From IMG/VR virus record IMGVR_UViG_3300027770_000029: a DNA stretch of 64,000 nucleotides. One strand, written 5' to 3'. The notes under the pieces were generated by a model that worked only from the letters and a program-made list of their open reading frames with translations, did no database searches and was not told the origin of the DNA. This DNA comes from a virus. The position numbers and the translations under genes are program-made. This document shows, piece after piece, positions 1 through 8,146 of the stretch. Each line of letters begins with the position of its first letter. Position 1 is the stretch's first letter.

Positions 1-4
1 CGCG

Positions 5-229
5 ATGGTGGCGATCTGGGAGCGCCAGACCCAGGACGAGCAGGTGACCCAGACGGTCCGCCACCACAACAACAAGGGGTTCACCGGCTGGTCGGCCAAG
101 TCGGGAACCTACTTCGCTGAGTGGGTCCAGTCCGGGCGCCGGCTCACCGGGAAGCACCTCGACAAGGCCCGCCGGATCGCCCTCCACCATGCCGGCCAGC
201 TCACGGACTTCGCCAACGGGGTCCGGTGA
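5..229 (+). CDS. Hypothetical phage early protein (probably 5'-truncated by the window edge)
   Basis: ORF ends 4 nt before the first promoter cassette; GC-rich codon usage like neighbours. Confidence 0.7.
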   Translation: MVAIWERQTQDEQVTQTVRHHNNKGFTGWSAKSGTYFAEWVQSGRRLTGKHLDKARRIALHHAGQLTDFANGVR

Positions 230-281
230 ACGGTGCAAAGGTGACCGGACCGTGGTATAACTGAATCATCAAGGAGGCCAA

Positions 282-500
282 ATGAGCAATCTCGAGTTCA
301 CCGCCCGCGCCAACACCACCTGCGACTCCTGCGGTCGGCACACCAAGGTGGGGTTCTACCACCTCCACAACGGGACCCCGGTCCTGTTCGACTGCCCGCC
401 CTGCGCGGAGCGGATCGTCGGCACCAAGGCCGTCGCGGAGGCGGTGGAGGAGCACAGGGGTCACGCCTTCCGGTGGATGGAGGCCCAGCCGGCGGGCTGA
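282..500 (+). CDS. Small Cys-rich (CxxC...CxxC zinc ribbon) hypothetical protein
   Basis: Own promoter and AAGGAGG RBS; CDSC and CPPC motifs. Confidence 0.8.
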   Translation: MSNLEFTARANTTCDSCGRHTKVGFYHLHNGTPVLFDCPPCAERIVGTKAVAEAVEEHRGHAFRWMEAQPAG

Positions 501-555
501 GCTCCGTGCAAGGTGACGGCAGCCATGGTATATTCTAATCACAACGGAGGCAATC

Positions 556-816
556 ATGGACTTCTTCAAGCTGCTCGTCACCCTGCCCGACCACTCCGAG
601 ATGGGGATGGGGGGCCTCATCACCTCGGTCCCGACCTGGGAGGCGAAGTACGGTCCGGACTGGTCCACGGTCGAGCTCCTGTCCTGCGCCGATGGCCTCG
701 AGGCCCGGGCCGAGGCGAACACCGGTGTGGAGTGGGGTGACATCCGGTCCCGTCACCAGAACTTCGAGAAGGCCCACTTCCTCCGGCGGGTGGCGTCGGA
801 ACGGTTCGGTGGGTAG
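556..816 (+). CDS. Hypothetical early protein
   Basis: Own promoter and GGAGG RBS. Confidence 0.8.
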   Translation: MDFFKLLVTLPDHSEMGMGGLITSVPTWEAKYGPDWSTVELLSCADGLEARAEANTGVEWGDIRSRHQNFEKAHFLRRVASERFGG

Positions 817-881
817 AGGACCCAGGGGTCCGTGCAACGGTCGGTCGGCCATGGTATAGTTCTTTCATCAAGGAGGCAATC

Positions 882-1169
882 ATGAACGGTTTCATCATCA
901 CGCTCCCTTCCTCCCGCGGCGAGTCCATCTACCTGGTGGATCCGGCCCGGGTCGGTCACCCGGTCACCACCCACTACCCCTGGGCCCGGGCCGACTTCGT
1001 GGCCACCGTCTTCCCCACCCAGGAGTCTGCGCAGGCTGCCCTGGACAAGATGAAGGGGATCCACCACTACATCGCCCCCGAGGTCAACGGTGGTCTCACC
1101 AAGCGGCTCGATCAGGCCCGGGTGGTATCCACTGCTCAGGTTCGAGGGGTCATGCTCGAGGCCCTCTGA
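882..1169 (+). CDS. Hypothetical early protein
   Basis: Own promoter and AAGGAGG RBS. Confidence 0.8.
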   Translation: MNGFIITLPSSRGESIYLVDPARVGHPVTTHYPWARADFVATVFPTQESAQAALDKMKGIHHYIAPEVNGGLTKRLDQARVVSTAQVRGVMLEAL

Positions 1170-1222
1170 GGCCCGTGCAAACCTGGTGGCGGTGGGGTAT
1201 ACTGATCTAGCAAGGAGCAAAC

Positions 1223-1456
1223 ATGGACCTCTTCATCAACGCCTTCTCGTTCACCTTCGGCATCCTGGCGGCCCTCGCCTGCGTCCCGGTCCTCTTCATC
1301 TTCGTGATGGTCCTCCTCCCCAACCTGCTCGGGGCCGCCGTCACCCTGCACTCCTCGAAGGAGCACAAGGCCAAGAAGTGGAACCGGGCGGTCGAGCTCG
1401 GGGACGAGAGCCAGATGAAGTTCATGCGCAAGTGGGGTTGGGACAAGGCCGCCTGA
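1223..1456 (+). CDS. Small membrane protein
   Basis: Own promoter and RBS; long hydrophobic N-terminal segment. Confidence 0.8.
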   Translation: MDLFINAFSFTFGILAALACVPVLFIFVMVLLPNLLGAAVTLHSSKEHKAKKWNRAVELGDESQMKFMRKWGWDKAA

Positions 1457-1543
1457 TTCCGTGCAACCCTCCTCCCACCGTGGTATATTCTTCTTGTTGG
1501 TGGGGAACACCAACGGCAACAACAAACGGCCAAGGAGCCAATC

Positions 1544-1966
1544 ATGAGCACCGACCTCCTCTCCCTCCTCTCCACCACCCCGGTCACCTTCAACGCCCTC
1601 CAGAAGGCCTCCGGCCTCTCGGCCACCAACCTGGCCCTCGGCCTGGTCGGCCTGGGTGGCAAGGTGACGGTCCAGGACGGTGGTCTGGTCCTCGCCCCGG
1701 AACCCCAGGTCCAGGCCAAGGAGAAGGCCCCCACCGGCCCCCGTGGACCCACGGCCAAGGTCCAGCCCCGTCTGGATGCCTGCCGGTCCCTCCTCCTGAC
1801 CATGGTCGGTGGGGCGGAGGGGGTCACGGCGAAGGCCCTCCTGGAGGCCGGTGGTGGGGCCTTCGTCTACACGGACATCCTCCTGGTGGCCCGTGAGGAG
1901 CTGGCCAAGGGGACCATCCAGGAGAGCCGGAAGGGCCGGAAGGCCACCTGGGTGGCCGGTTCCTAA
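1544..1966 (+). CDS. Hypothetical protein, possibly two small winged-helix-like domains
   Basis: Own promoter, longer leader with a hairpin (1493-1523), AAGGAG RBS. Confidence 0.75.
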   Translation: MSTDLLSLLSTTPVTFNALQKASGLSATNLALGLVGLGGKVTVQDGGLVLAPEPQVQAKEKAPTGPRGPTAKVQPRLDACRSLLLTMVGGAEGVTAKALLEAGGGAFVYTDILLVAREELAKGTIQESRKGRKATWVAGS

Positions 1967-2076
1967 CCCGGTCGGACCGGTGGGACCTGGGGGTGCTGGT
2001 GGCCCTCCGGACCCTTCGCCGTTTCGGTGCAACCCCGCCGGCGGCATGGTATAGTTCTTTCATCAAGGAGGAAGGA

Positions 2077-2241
2077 ATGAGTCTCAAGCAATGGTACAAG
2101 CGGCGCGCGGATCGTGACTCGGGTGCCGAGGATCTGGCCCCTCCCCGTGAGCAGGTGTGTTACACCGCGGCCGCGCCCCGCCACCCGGTCCCCCTGACCG
2201 TGACGCCTCCGCCCCCGAGGAAGCTCACCGCCCCGGACTGA
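2077..2241 (+). CDS. Small Pro-rich hypothetical protein (MSLKQWYKRR...)
   Basis: ATG at 2077 after promoter and AAGGAGG; in frame with track ORF 1993..2241. Confidence 0.7.
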   Translation: MSLKQWYKRRADRDSGAEDLAPPREQVCYTAAAPRHPVPLTVTPPPPRKLTAPD

Positions 2242-2294
2242 TCCTGTGCAAGCCCGATGACGGCATGGTATATTGTTCTTACAAGGAGGCAATC

Positions 2295-2549
2295 ATGACG
2301 CACTTCATCACCGACGAGCACGGCAACCGGACCTTCGAGCACGCCGGATGGCGGGTCAGGATCTGGAGTGGACGGGGTGATGTCCCGACCGTGACCGCCC
2401 CGGGGAGCAGCGAGGACGTGGAGATCTGGCCCGAGGGCATCCGCGTGTACGGGGAGTCCCATGTGGGGCGGGAGACCAGCCCCCGCGCCGTCATCCTCCC
2501 CTGGCCCGTGGTCGAGGCGATTGTTGCCGCCCGTGCAATCGTCGGCTGA
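2295..2549 (+). CDS. Hypothetical early protein (MTHFITDEH...)
   Basis: ATG at 2295 after promoter and AAGGAGG; in frame with track ORF 2157..2549. Confidence 0.8.
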   Translation: MTHFITDEHGNRTFEHAGWRVRIWSGRGDVPTVTAPGSSEDVEIWPEGIRVYGESHVGRETSPRAVILPWPVVEAIVAARAIVG

Positions 2550-2584
2550 ACCTGGTATAACCTTCTTACCAAGGAGAGAGCAAC

Positions 2585-2782
2585 ATGAACAAGCCCGAAA
2601 CCAACGGTTACCTCGCCGCCGTCACGGCCCAGCTTCGCGCGGTGGAGGCCGCGCTCAACGAGATCAACAGGACCGGTGACCTCACCGGCGTCGCGTTCGA
2701 CGTCTTCCGGGAGGTCCGGATGGATGTCATCAACGCCGGGGCGAAGCTCGACACCGTCCGCAGCTGGAACCTCCGCGACTGA
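2585..2782 (+). CDS. Small helical hypothetical protein
   Basis: Own promoter and AAGGAG RBS. Confidence 0.8.
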   Translation: MNKPETNGYLAAVTAQLRAVEAALNEINRTGDLTGVAFDVFREVRMDVINAGAKLDTVRSWNLRD

Positions 2783-2835
2783 TCCTGTGCAACCCGGGCG
2801 GCGGCGTGGTATAACCTTCTTACAAGGAGCCAATC

Positions 2836-2988
2836 ATGAACGCCAACATCACCAACAACGACCTCGAGATCATCGCCCTGGGCCTGGACGGGAGCCTCCG
2901 GCGCGCGAAGGACCAGTTGATCCACGGTGTCCAGACCCTCCTGGTCGGACGGTCGAGCACACCCACCACACGACGACCCGGTACCTGA
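2836..2988 (+). CDS. 50-aa hypothetical protein (MNANITNNDLEIIALG...), not in the ORF track
   Basis: ATG at 2836 after promoter and AAGGAG; TGA at 2986-2988. Confidence 0.7.
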   Translation: MNANITNNDLEIIALGLDGSLRRAKDQLIHGVQTLLVGRSSTPTTRRPGT

Positions 2989-3052
2989 TGACGTGAGGGA
3001 TCCGTGCAAGGCGGTCGGCTCCATGGTATAACTGTATCATCAAGGAGGCAAG

Positions 3053-3247
3053 ATGCAGAAGGAAGGAACCACGACCTACGGCTCGAACGGCGCTCACACC
3101 TGGACGGTCTGGGTCGCCCGGTACGGTGGGTGGCGCTGGGAGGTCTCGGGTCCCCTCGGCTGGATGGAGAGTGGCGGGGCAGCGAGCAAGGGGGATGCCT
3201 TCATCGCCCTCCGGCAGGTCCTCCTCCGGCGGGGGGAAACGGTGTAA
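3053..3247 (+). CDS. Small Trp/Gly-rich hypothetical protein
   Basis: Own promoter and RBS; its TAA stop forms part of the next -35 (GTGTAA). Confidence 0.8.
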   Translation: MQKEGTTTYGSNGAHTWTVWVARYGGWRWEVSGPLGWMESGGAASKGDAFIALRQVLLRRGETV

Positions 3248-3296
3248 CGGTCCTGACCCCGTGGTATAACTGAATCATCAAGGAGGAAGGAACAAC

Positions 3297-3560
3297 ATGA
3301 ACGCCACCGACATCCAGATCGAGCTCCACGGTTTCCACTCGGACGTCTACAAGGAGGTCCACAACATCCGCCCCCGTTGGCTCCGCCCGGAGGACCGGAC
3401 GGCCGAGGAGTGGCAGGCGATGATCTCCCGCCTGATCGAGGAGGGTCAGGAGCTCGCCCGCAGGGAGCAGGAGGAGGCCGAGGCCCACGCGCGGTGGCAG
3501 GCCGAGGTGACGGCGTGCAAGCCCCTTCGGGTGCCCCTGGCGGCCTTCCTCCGGCTCTAG
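3297..3560 (+). CDS. Hypothetical phage protein (SDVYKEVHNIRPR motif)
   Basis: Own promoter and RBS; motif resembles a small protein I recall from large phages (not verified). Confidence 0.8.
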   Translation: MNATDIQIELHGFHSDVYKEVHNIRPRWLRPEDRTAEEWQAMISRLIEEGQELARREQEEAEAHARWQAEVTACKPLRVPLAAFLRL

Positions 3561-3615
3561 GAGCCCGTGCAACGCCGGCGACAGCCTGGTATAACTGAAT
3601 CATCAAGGAGGCAGC

Positions 3616-3804
3616 ATGCAGACGGAACGCATCGGCATCACCGAGCTCTTCGAGCGGGTCGAGGCCTTCAAGGCGGCGGACCCCCGCAACGGTGGAAGCA
3701 CCGACGAGATGGTCTCCCTCTACGTCGACGTCAGTGCAATCATCCGCGCGGCTGGCTGGGGGATCTGGGAGTACGAGGCTGCCCTCAGCTACGTGCCCGC
3801 GTAA
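3616..3804 (+). CDS. Small hypothetical early protein
   Basis: Own promoter and RBS; last cassette of the array. Confidence 0.8.
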   Translation: MQTERIGITELFERVEAFKAADPRNGGSTDEMVSLYVDVSAIIRAAGWGIWEYEAALSYVPA

Positions 3805-3809
3805 CCCCG

Positions 3810-4200
3810 GCAGGGGGCGGGGCCCCAAGGTTACAGTTACAGGTTACAGGGGCCCCAAATTGTCAGTGGGGGGCGGGCCCCATTGATATGTGACAGGGCC
3901 CCCCTAAATTAATGGGGCCCCCGCCCCCGGGGCCCCGGCCTACTCTGTGGGGGGTCCCCCGGCAGCGGCCGCCAAGCCCCTTCTCACAAAATTTTTCCGG
4001 AGAGTTTTTCCAAACAACCTATTCCCCCTGAGCGCTCGTGGCATGGAATCGCCGCCCCATTTTCCTGCGGAACTCACATTTCCCGAGGGCCCCGCCCACC
4101 CGAAAATTTTTCGGGAGATTTTTCGAGGATTTCGGGTCCCCCTGAGCGCCCGTAGCAGAGTTTTCCTCCAGAACCCCCGCGCGAAGCGCGGGGGCGTATA
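3810..4200. repeat. Non-coding junction: six GGGCCC palindromes, GTTACA x3, A/T tracts, CCCCTGAGCGC direct repeat
   Basis: GGGCCC cores near 3820, 3850, 3875, 3896, 3915, 3930; GTTACA at 3830, 3836, 3843; CCCCTGAGCGC at 4025 and 4139. Confidence 0.85.
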
Positions 4201-4204
4201 CTTA
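4198..4204 (+). promoter_or_regulatory. ATANTTA motif (putative phage late promoter), representative copy
   Basis: Exact copies shortly upstream of starts at 4198, 5720, 6252, 12241, 14686, 16125, 19602, 22547, 24594, 25501, 28179, 34061, 37760, 38700; on the - strand at 10914-10920 and 22207-22213. Confidence 0.6.
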
Positions 4205-4236
4205 ACCCCAGCTGGATGCAGCGAGGAGATTTTAGC

Positions 4237-5100
4237 ATGGCAATCACGGAAAGCAGGATCCGTCGGATCATCAGGGAAGAGGTTGAGCAGGCTGTCGATG
4301 AGATGGCATACGCGGGTGACCTCGGGGTGCGGAGGAGCGCAGATCAGGAGACTGACAGCTTCATCTCCTCCAACCTCTCGGACATGGGCGTCAATCGCTC
4401 GGGCGCTGAGAAGTACGCCCGCTCGGGTCGCTTCAAGACCCTCGCGAAGCGGCACTTCGACAACATTCCTTACAACGTCTGGGTCGCCCCGCTCATTGGG
4501 ATCGGCGCCGAGGCGGGTGTCGGAGACGATCCTGAGTATGGGAATCGTGGCAGGGTCCTCGATCTCGTTCCTAAGGGTATCGAGATGCTCGAGCGTCTCG
4601 GTTTTGAGGCACCCGCCCGGGTGGGCAGGGGCGATCTCGTCATCCTCTACTCGGCGATGGGGGTCGACCCCAATTTCCTCGCGACGCCCTGGATGGTGAT
4701 GCACTCGATCTTCGATACGAACTCGATGACCGAAAAGCTCATCCCGGGTTTCAGTGAGCTCAACACCCACCTTGTCTACGGTGATGCGGAGCTCGAGGAT
4801 GATGCGCTGCTGCCCCTCGTGAACCTGACCGATAACGCCGAGGCGACGGAGGATGTCACCCAGACCCTCACGATGGCCTCGGCCCGGAATGGGCAGCTCT
4901 CAAGTGGAGGCGATATCCTCGCCGAGATGATGTGCCAGGAGCTCCTCACGAAGGGCGGGCTCCGGATCGACTTCAACACCGTGCAGGAGAAGCCGGAGAT
5001 GGCGCGGGCGATCCGCGCGCTCGCCCGCCACGTGAAGCGGATGGCCGCCGATTTCCGTCGGAACGCGCAGGGCAAGCTCATCGTGACAGCAACGAACTGA
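4237..5100 (+). CDS. Hypothetical protein with N-terminal ITESRIRRIIREE motif
   Basis: ATG at 4237 after GGAG RBS and ATACTTA. Confidence 0.85.
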   Translation: MAITESRIRRIIREEVEQAVDEMAYAGDLGVRRSADQETDSFISSNLSDMGVNRSGAEKYARSGRFKTLAKRHFDNIPYNVWVAPLIGIGAEAGVGDDPEYGNRGRVLDLVPKGIEMLERLGFEAPARVGRGDLVILYSAMGVDPNFLATPWMVMHSIFDTNSMTEKLIPGFSELNTHLVYGDAELEDDALLPLVNLTDNAEATEDVTQTLTMASARNGQLSSGGDILAEMMCQELLTKGGLRIDFNTVQEKPEMARAIRALARHVKRMAADFRRNAQGKLIVTATN

Positions 5101-5112
5101 GGGGACAGCATC

Positions 5113-5727
5113 ATGGGAATCAGTGGAAGCAGGATCCGTCGGATCATCAGGGAGGAGCTCCTTGAAGGAATCCTCGACGCAACTTCCGGCTCGACCCGAC
5201 CGGCGCCAGCCAGTGCAGACACCCGGGCTGTGAACCGGACGCAGGATCTCGCGAACGCAAAGAAAACTGCGGATGCTGCTGCGAAGAAGATCTCCTCTGC
5301 TGTCGGATCAAAGAAGCCCGAAGTTTCAAAGATGAGTGTTTCCGATCTCAAGGGTTGGGTCAAAGATTACGGAAAGAACGGTGAGGAGGGAAAGAAGAAA
5401 GCAGCCGATCCCGACGAGATGAAAAAAGCTTCCGCGGCGGTGCTTAACCTCTCGAAACGTGACGCGCAGGGCTCGACCGATATGCTCTCGAATCTCAAGG
5501 ATAACCCTCAGCTGCGGAGTGCGGTGCTTGCTACGCCGGGAATGACGGATATGCAGTCGGCGGTCGACATGAATCTCAGGGCTGCTGGACGTGATCCAAA
5601 GACAGCGGTCGCCGACAGCTGGCGTGAGCTCGGGAAGATGTCGAGCAAGTACAATCTTGCCGAGGAAAGGATTCTACGAATCATCAAGGAAAAAATCCTG
5701 CTGATGTCCAGCAACACGTATAATTAA
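5113..5727 (+). CDS. Lys/Ala-rich protein with IRRIIREE-type motifs at both ends; paralog of 7108..7827
   Basis: MGISGSRIRRIIREE...EERILRIIKEK. Confidence 0.85.
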   Translation: MGISGSRIRRIIREELLEGILDATSGSTRPAPASADTRAVNRTQDLANAKKTADAAAKKISSAVGSKKPEVSKMSVSDLKGWVKDYGKNGEEGKKKAADPDEMKKASAAVLNLSKRDAQGSTDMLSNLKDNPQLRSAVLATPGMTDMQSAVDMNLRAAGRDPKTAVADSWRELGKMSSKYNLAEERILRIIKEKILLMSSNTYN

Positions 5728-5747
5728 GCAACGGAGGTTTTAAAGTT

Positions 5748-6170
5748 ATGAGAATTAAAGAGAGCAGAATACGTCAGATCATCAAGGAAGAAGCGTCCAG
5801 GGTAATTCGCGAGGCGAGCGACGACCTCCCGGGACCCAAGTTCCCCCCGGGCAGCGTGAAGCGTCCGGGCCTCGGCGCTTTCGGCAACTTTGAGCCCCCC
5901 GAGGGCTGGGATGACGAGGAGGATTACGAGGATGAGGAGGGCGGTGAGGGCCCTCGTGGATGGCACGGTAGAGGACTCTTCGGCGAGGAGGACTTCCTCG
6001 ACAGCGGAAACCCGGAGCTTGATTCCGCCTGGGGTGAGTGGGTCTCATGCACCGATCGTGTGTTGGGCATGCTCGACAGCATGGGCACCCACGAGTTCCC
6101 GCAGGAGGATGACCCGCGCTCCAAGATCAGCGTCTCGCGTATGATGCGTGATTACATCGAAAATCGCTGA
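5748..6170 (+). CDS. Acidic hypothetical protein with N-terminal IKESRIRQIIKEE motif
   Basis: GGAGG RBS, ATAATTA upstream. Confidence 0.85.
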   Translation: MRIKESRIRQIIKEEASRVIREASDDLPGPKFPPGSVKRPGLGAFGNFEPPEGWDDEEDYEDEEGGEGPRGWHGRGLFGEEDFLDSGNPELDSAWGEWVSCTDRVLGMLDSMGTHEFPQEDDPRSKISVSRMMRDYIENR

Positions 6171-6277
6171 TTCCCCGCGGACGCGCAGAGCGCCCAAAAG
6201 TGCCCCGGGCCGGAAGCTTATCCGCCGGGGCGCTTCTTTGCTCGGATCACCATACTTATCGACCAGGAGATTGGGAA

Positions 6278-7084
6278 ATGAGGGTCACGGAAAGCGCGCT
6301 GCGCCAGATCATCCAGGAGGAGCTCACGCTGCTCTCCGAGGTTGTGAAGAACACGCACGGTTACAGCGTGAGATCGGTGGGTGATGTGACGTGGACACCC
6401 GATAAGCGGCGAATCCCGGCTGATCGAAATCCGTTCGTCGGGAGCTCGCCCGCTTTCGATAGCTGGTACAACGATGGTCAGATGTCCCGTCGCTGGAGCA
6501 AGGAGTTCGAGAGGCCGAACGGGGACGTCACGACGCTCCGTGGAGCGAACGACATCTACTTCAACGATGGTGATCACGTCATCGTCCCGACCCTGGACAA
6601 GATCGATGGCATGTACACCCTCCCAGGCGTCGTGATGAACATCCACCACAAGGATCCCGAGGCTCTCGGAGTTCCTGGAGCAGCGCGTGGCGCCACAATC
6701 CCGCTTGTCGATGTCAGGTGGCAGCTGGCGGGAACGAACAGGACAACCTGGCTCCGTGATGTTGGTCTCGCCTTCCTCATCAAGCTCGGCGGTGAGAGAA
6801 TGTTCGATCCTGTCGCTGCAGCAAGCACGGCGATGAGGTATCACAATAAGGGTCGTGAGGAGCAGGACGAGAAGGATTCCCGCGCGGCTGAACGGGCTGC
6901 GCGCCGGGCTGCGCGTGAGGACGAGGATATACCGCTTCCCAGGCGTGAGCCTGAAGCTCCAAGCTCATCACCTGCCCGTGCGATCAGGAGGGTCGGTGGC
7001 GTCGCTGCACCGCCTCCAGAGAGAAAGCCACAGAAGATGTCGGATGCTGAGATCAGGCAGATGCTGGGTCTTCGTAAACGCTGA
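6278..7084 (+). CDS. Hypothetical protein with N-terminal VTESALRQIIQEE motif
   Basis: ATG at 6278 after AGGAG and ATACTTA. Confidence 0.85.
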   Translation: MRVTESALRQIIQEELTLLSEVVKNTHGYSVRSVGDVTWTPDKRRIPADRNPFVGSSPAFDSWYNDGQMSRRWSKEFERPNGDVTTLRGANDIYFNDGDHVIVPTLDKIDGMYTLPGVVMNIHHKDPEALGVPGAARGATIPLVDVRWQLAGTNRTTWLRDVGLAFLIKLGGERMFDPVAAASTAMRYHNKGREEQDEKDSRAAERAARRAAREDEDIPLPRREPEAPSSSPARAIRRVGGVAAPPPERKPQKMSDAEIRQMLGLRKR

Positions 7085-7107
7085 GGTCGAAACCGGAGAT
7101 TCTTGGG

Positions 7108-7827
7108 ATGCGTATCACAGAAAGTCAGCTGCGCCAGATCATTTGGGAAGAGATCACCGAAAGTAAACTTCCGGGACTCTGGAAGAATATCGAAAGGAGA
7201 CGTAAGGCTGGAAAGAGAAAGCTTCGTCCCGGGGAAAAGAATTACCCAAAGACGCTCAAGATCGATGAGATCGAATCTGTTGTTGAGGGAATTCTTGACG
7301 GAATCTCTGGCGCGACAAAACCGACCCCCGTGCCACCGGACGTGAAAGCAGCCAACAGGCAACGAGATATCGAGAACTCGAAAAAAGTGAGCGATGCTGC
7401 GGCCAAGAAGCTCAGCCCATCCATAACTCCGAAAAAGTCAGAGATCGAGAAGATGCCTGTCGCTGACGTGAAGAAGATGGTAAAGGATTTCGGAAAAGAC
7501 AAGGAAATTCCCGATAAAGAGGATTCAAAGAAAGCCGCGGCGGCCGTTCTCAACCTTTCGAAACGAGACGCCCAGGGAGCCAACGACATGCTTTCGATCA
7601 TGAAGTCAAACCCGAAGCTCCGTGCGGCGGTCGTCAGCACCCCGGGCATGATGGACATGCAGTCTGCCGTTGACGCGAACCTGAAGGTTAACGGAAGGGA
7701 CCCGAGCACCGCGGTCTCGGATGGGTGGAGAGAGCTCGGCAGGCTATCGAGTAAGTACAATCTCTCCGAATCCCAGGTGATTCGTATCATACGGGAAGAG
7801 CTTGAAGCTTTCGACGAGATGTACTGA
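7108..7827 (+). CDS. Lys-rich protein with motifs at both ends; paralog of 5113..5727
   Basis: MRITESQLRQIIWEE...SESQVIRIIREEL; shared core AAKK...AAAVLNLSKRDAQG...LSSKYNL. Confidence 0.85.
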   Translation: MRITESQLRQIIWEEITESKLPGLWKNIERRRKAGKRKLRPGEKNYPKTLKIDEIESVVEGILDGISGATKPTPVPPDVKAANRQRDIENSKKVSDAAAKKLSPSITPKKSEIEKMPVADVKKMVKDFGKDKEIPDKEDSKKAAAAVLNLSKRDAQGANDMLSIMKSNPKLRAAVVSTPGMMDMQSAVDANLKVNGRDPSTAVSDGWRELGRLSSKYNLSESQVIRIIREELEAFDEMY

Positions 7828-7860
7828 TAAACGAAGCTTTAAGGCTGGTATAATGCCACG

Positions 7861-8094
7861 ATGAAACGTCTCTACTGTCTCTTCACCATCACCCACAACA
7901 CGCATTACACGACAATCCAAGGCTGCGAGCCGACGGAAGATTACGAGCTGCTGGAAAATATTCGTGGGCTGGTCTCGGTCGTCAAGAAGCCCAGCAGATC
8001 AGCTATAACGGAAATCCTTGAGACTGATGAAAGATGCGTCCTGACCGAGGCTGGGCAATCCGAGCTCCAGGAGATACGAAAGCAGCTCTCCTGA
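7861..8094 (+). CDS. Hypothetical protein
   Basis: ORF downstream of TGGTATAAT. Confidence 0.6.
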   Translation: MKRLYCLFTITHNTHYTTIQGCEPTEDYELLENIRGLVSVVKKPSRSAITEILETDERCVLTEAGQSELQEIRKQLS

Positions 8095-8098
8095 AATC

Positions 8099-8127
8099 AT
8101 GCAACCGCCTTCGTACCGTGGTAGTAT
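8099..8127 (+). promoter_or_regulatory. Early-type promoter ATGCAA-N17-TAGTAT
   Basis: Same geometry as the 1-3.6 kb array; AAGGAGG follows. Confidence 0.7.
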
Positions 8128-8146
8128 GGTTACATAAGGAGGCGGT

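Larger units (their letters stand above)
233..3611 (+). promoter_or_regulatory. Array of 12 sigma70-like early promoters, each followed by an RBS and one gene
   Basis: -35 GTGCAA at 233, 506, 832, 1175, 1461, 2027, 2246, 2533, 2787, 3004, 3567 (GTGTAA at 3242). Each is exactly 17 nt before TATAAC/TATATT/TATAGT/TATACT. 11 of 12 have an extended TG (TGG-TAT), followed by (A/C)GGAG RBS. Confidence 0.92.

Noticed and set aside
233-3611. Regular repeats that could be a CRISPR array or integron attC cassettes
   Set aside because: Repeats are degenerate promoter/RBS sequences, spacers are full genes of 150-420 nt, there is no palindromic attC structure and no cas or intI nearby
201-3900. Many long overlapping ORFs on the - strand and in alternate + frames
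   Set aside because: Shadow ORFs of GC-rich sequence; the + strand ORFs have a promoter and RBS each, and these have none
3947-4770. Long ORFs 3947..4699 (+) and 3940..4770 (-) spanning the junction
   Set aside because: Low-information translations overlapping the motif-bearing ORF at 4237; no RBS
5678-5690. GAATCATCAAGGA is identical in the early leader (263-275) and in RIIKE-coding DNA
   Set aside because: Explained by Ile-Ile-Lys-Glu codons coinciding with an SD-containing leader; no promoter upstream of the coding copies
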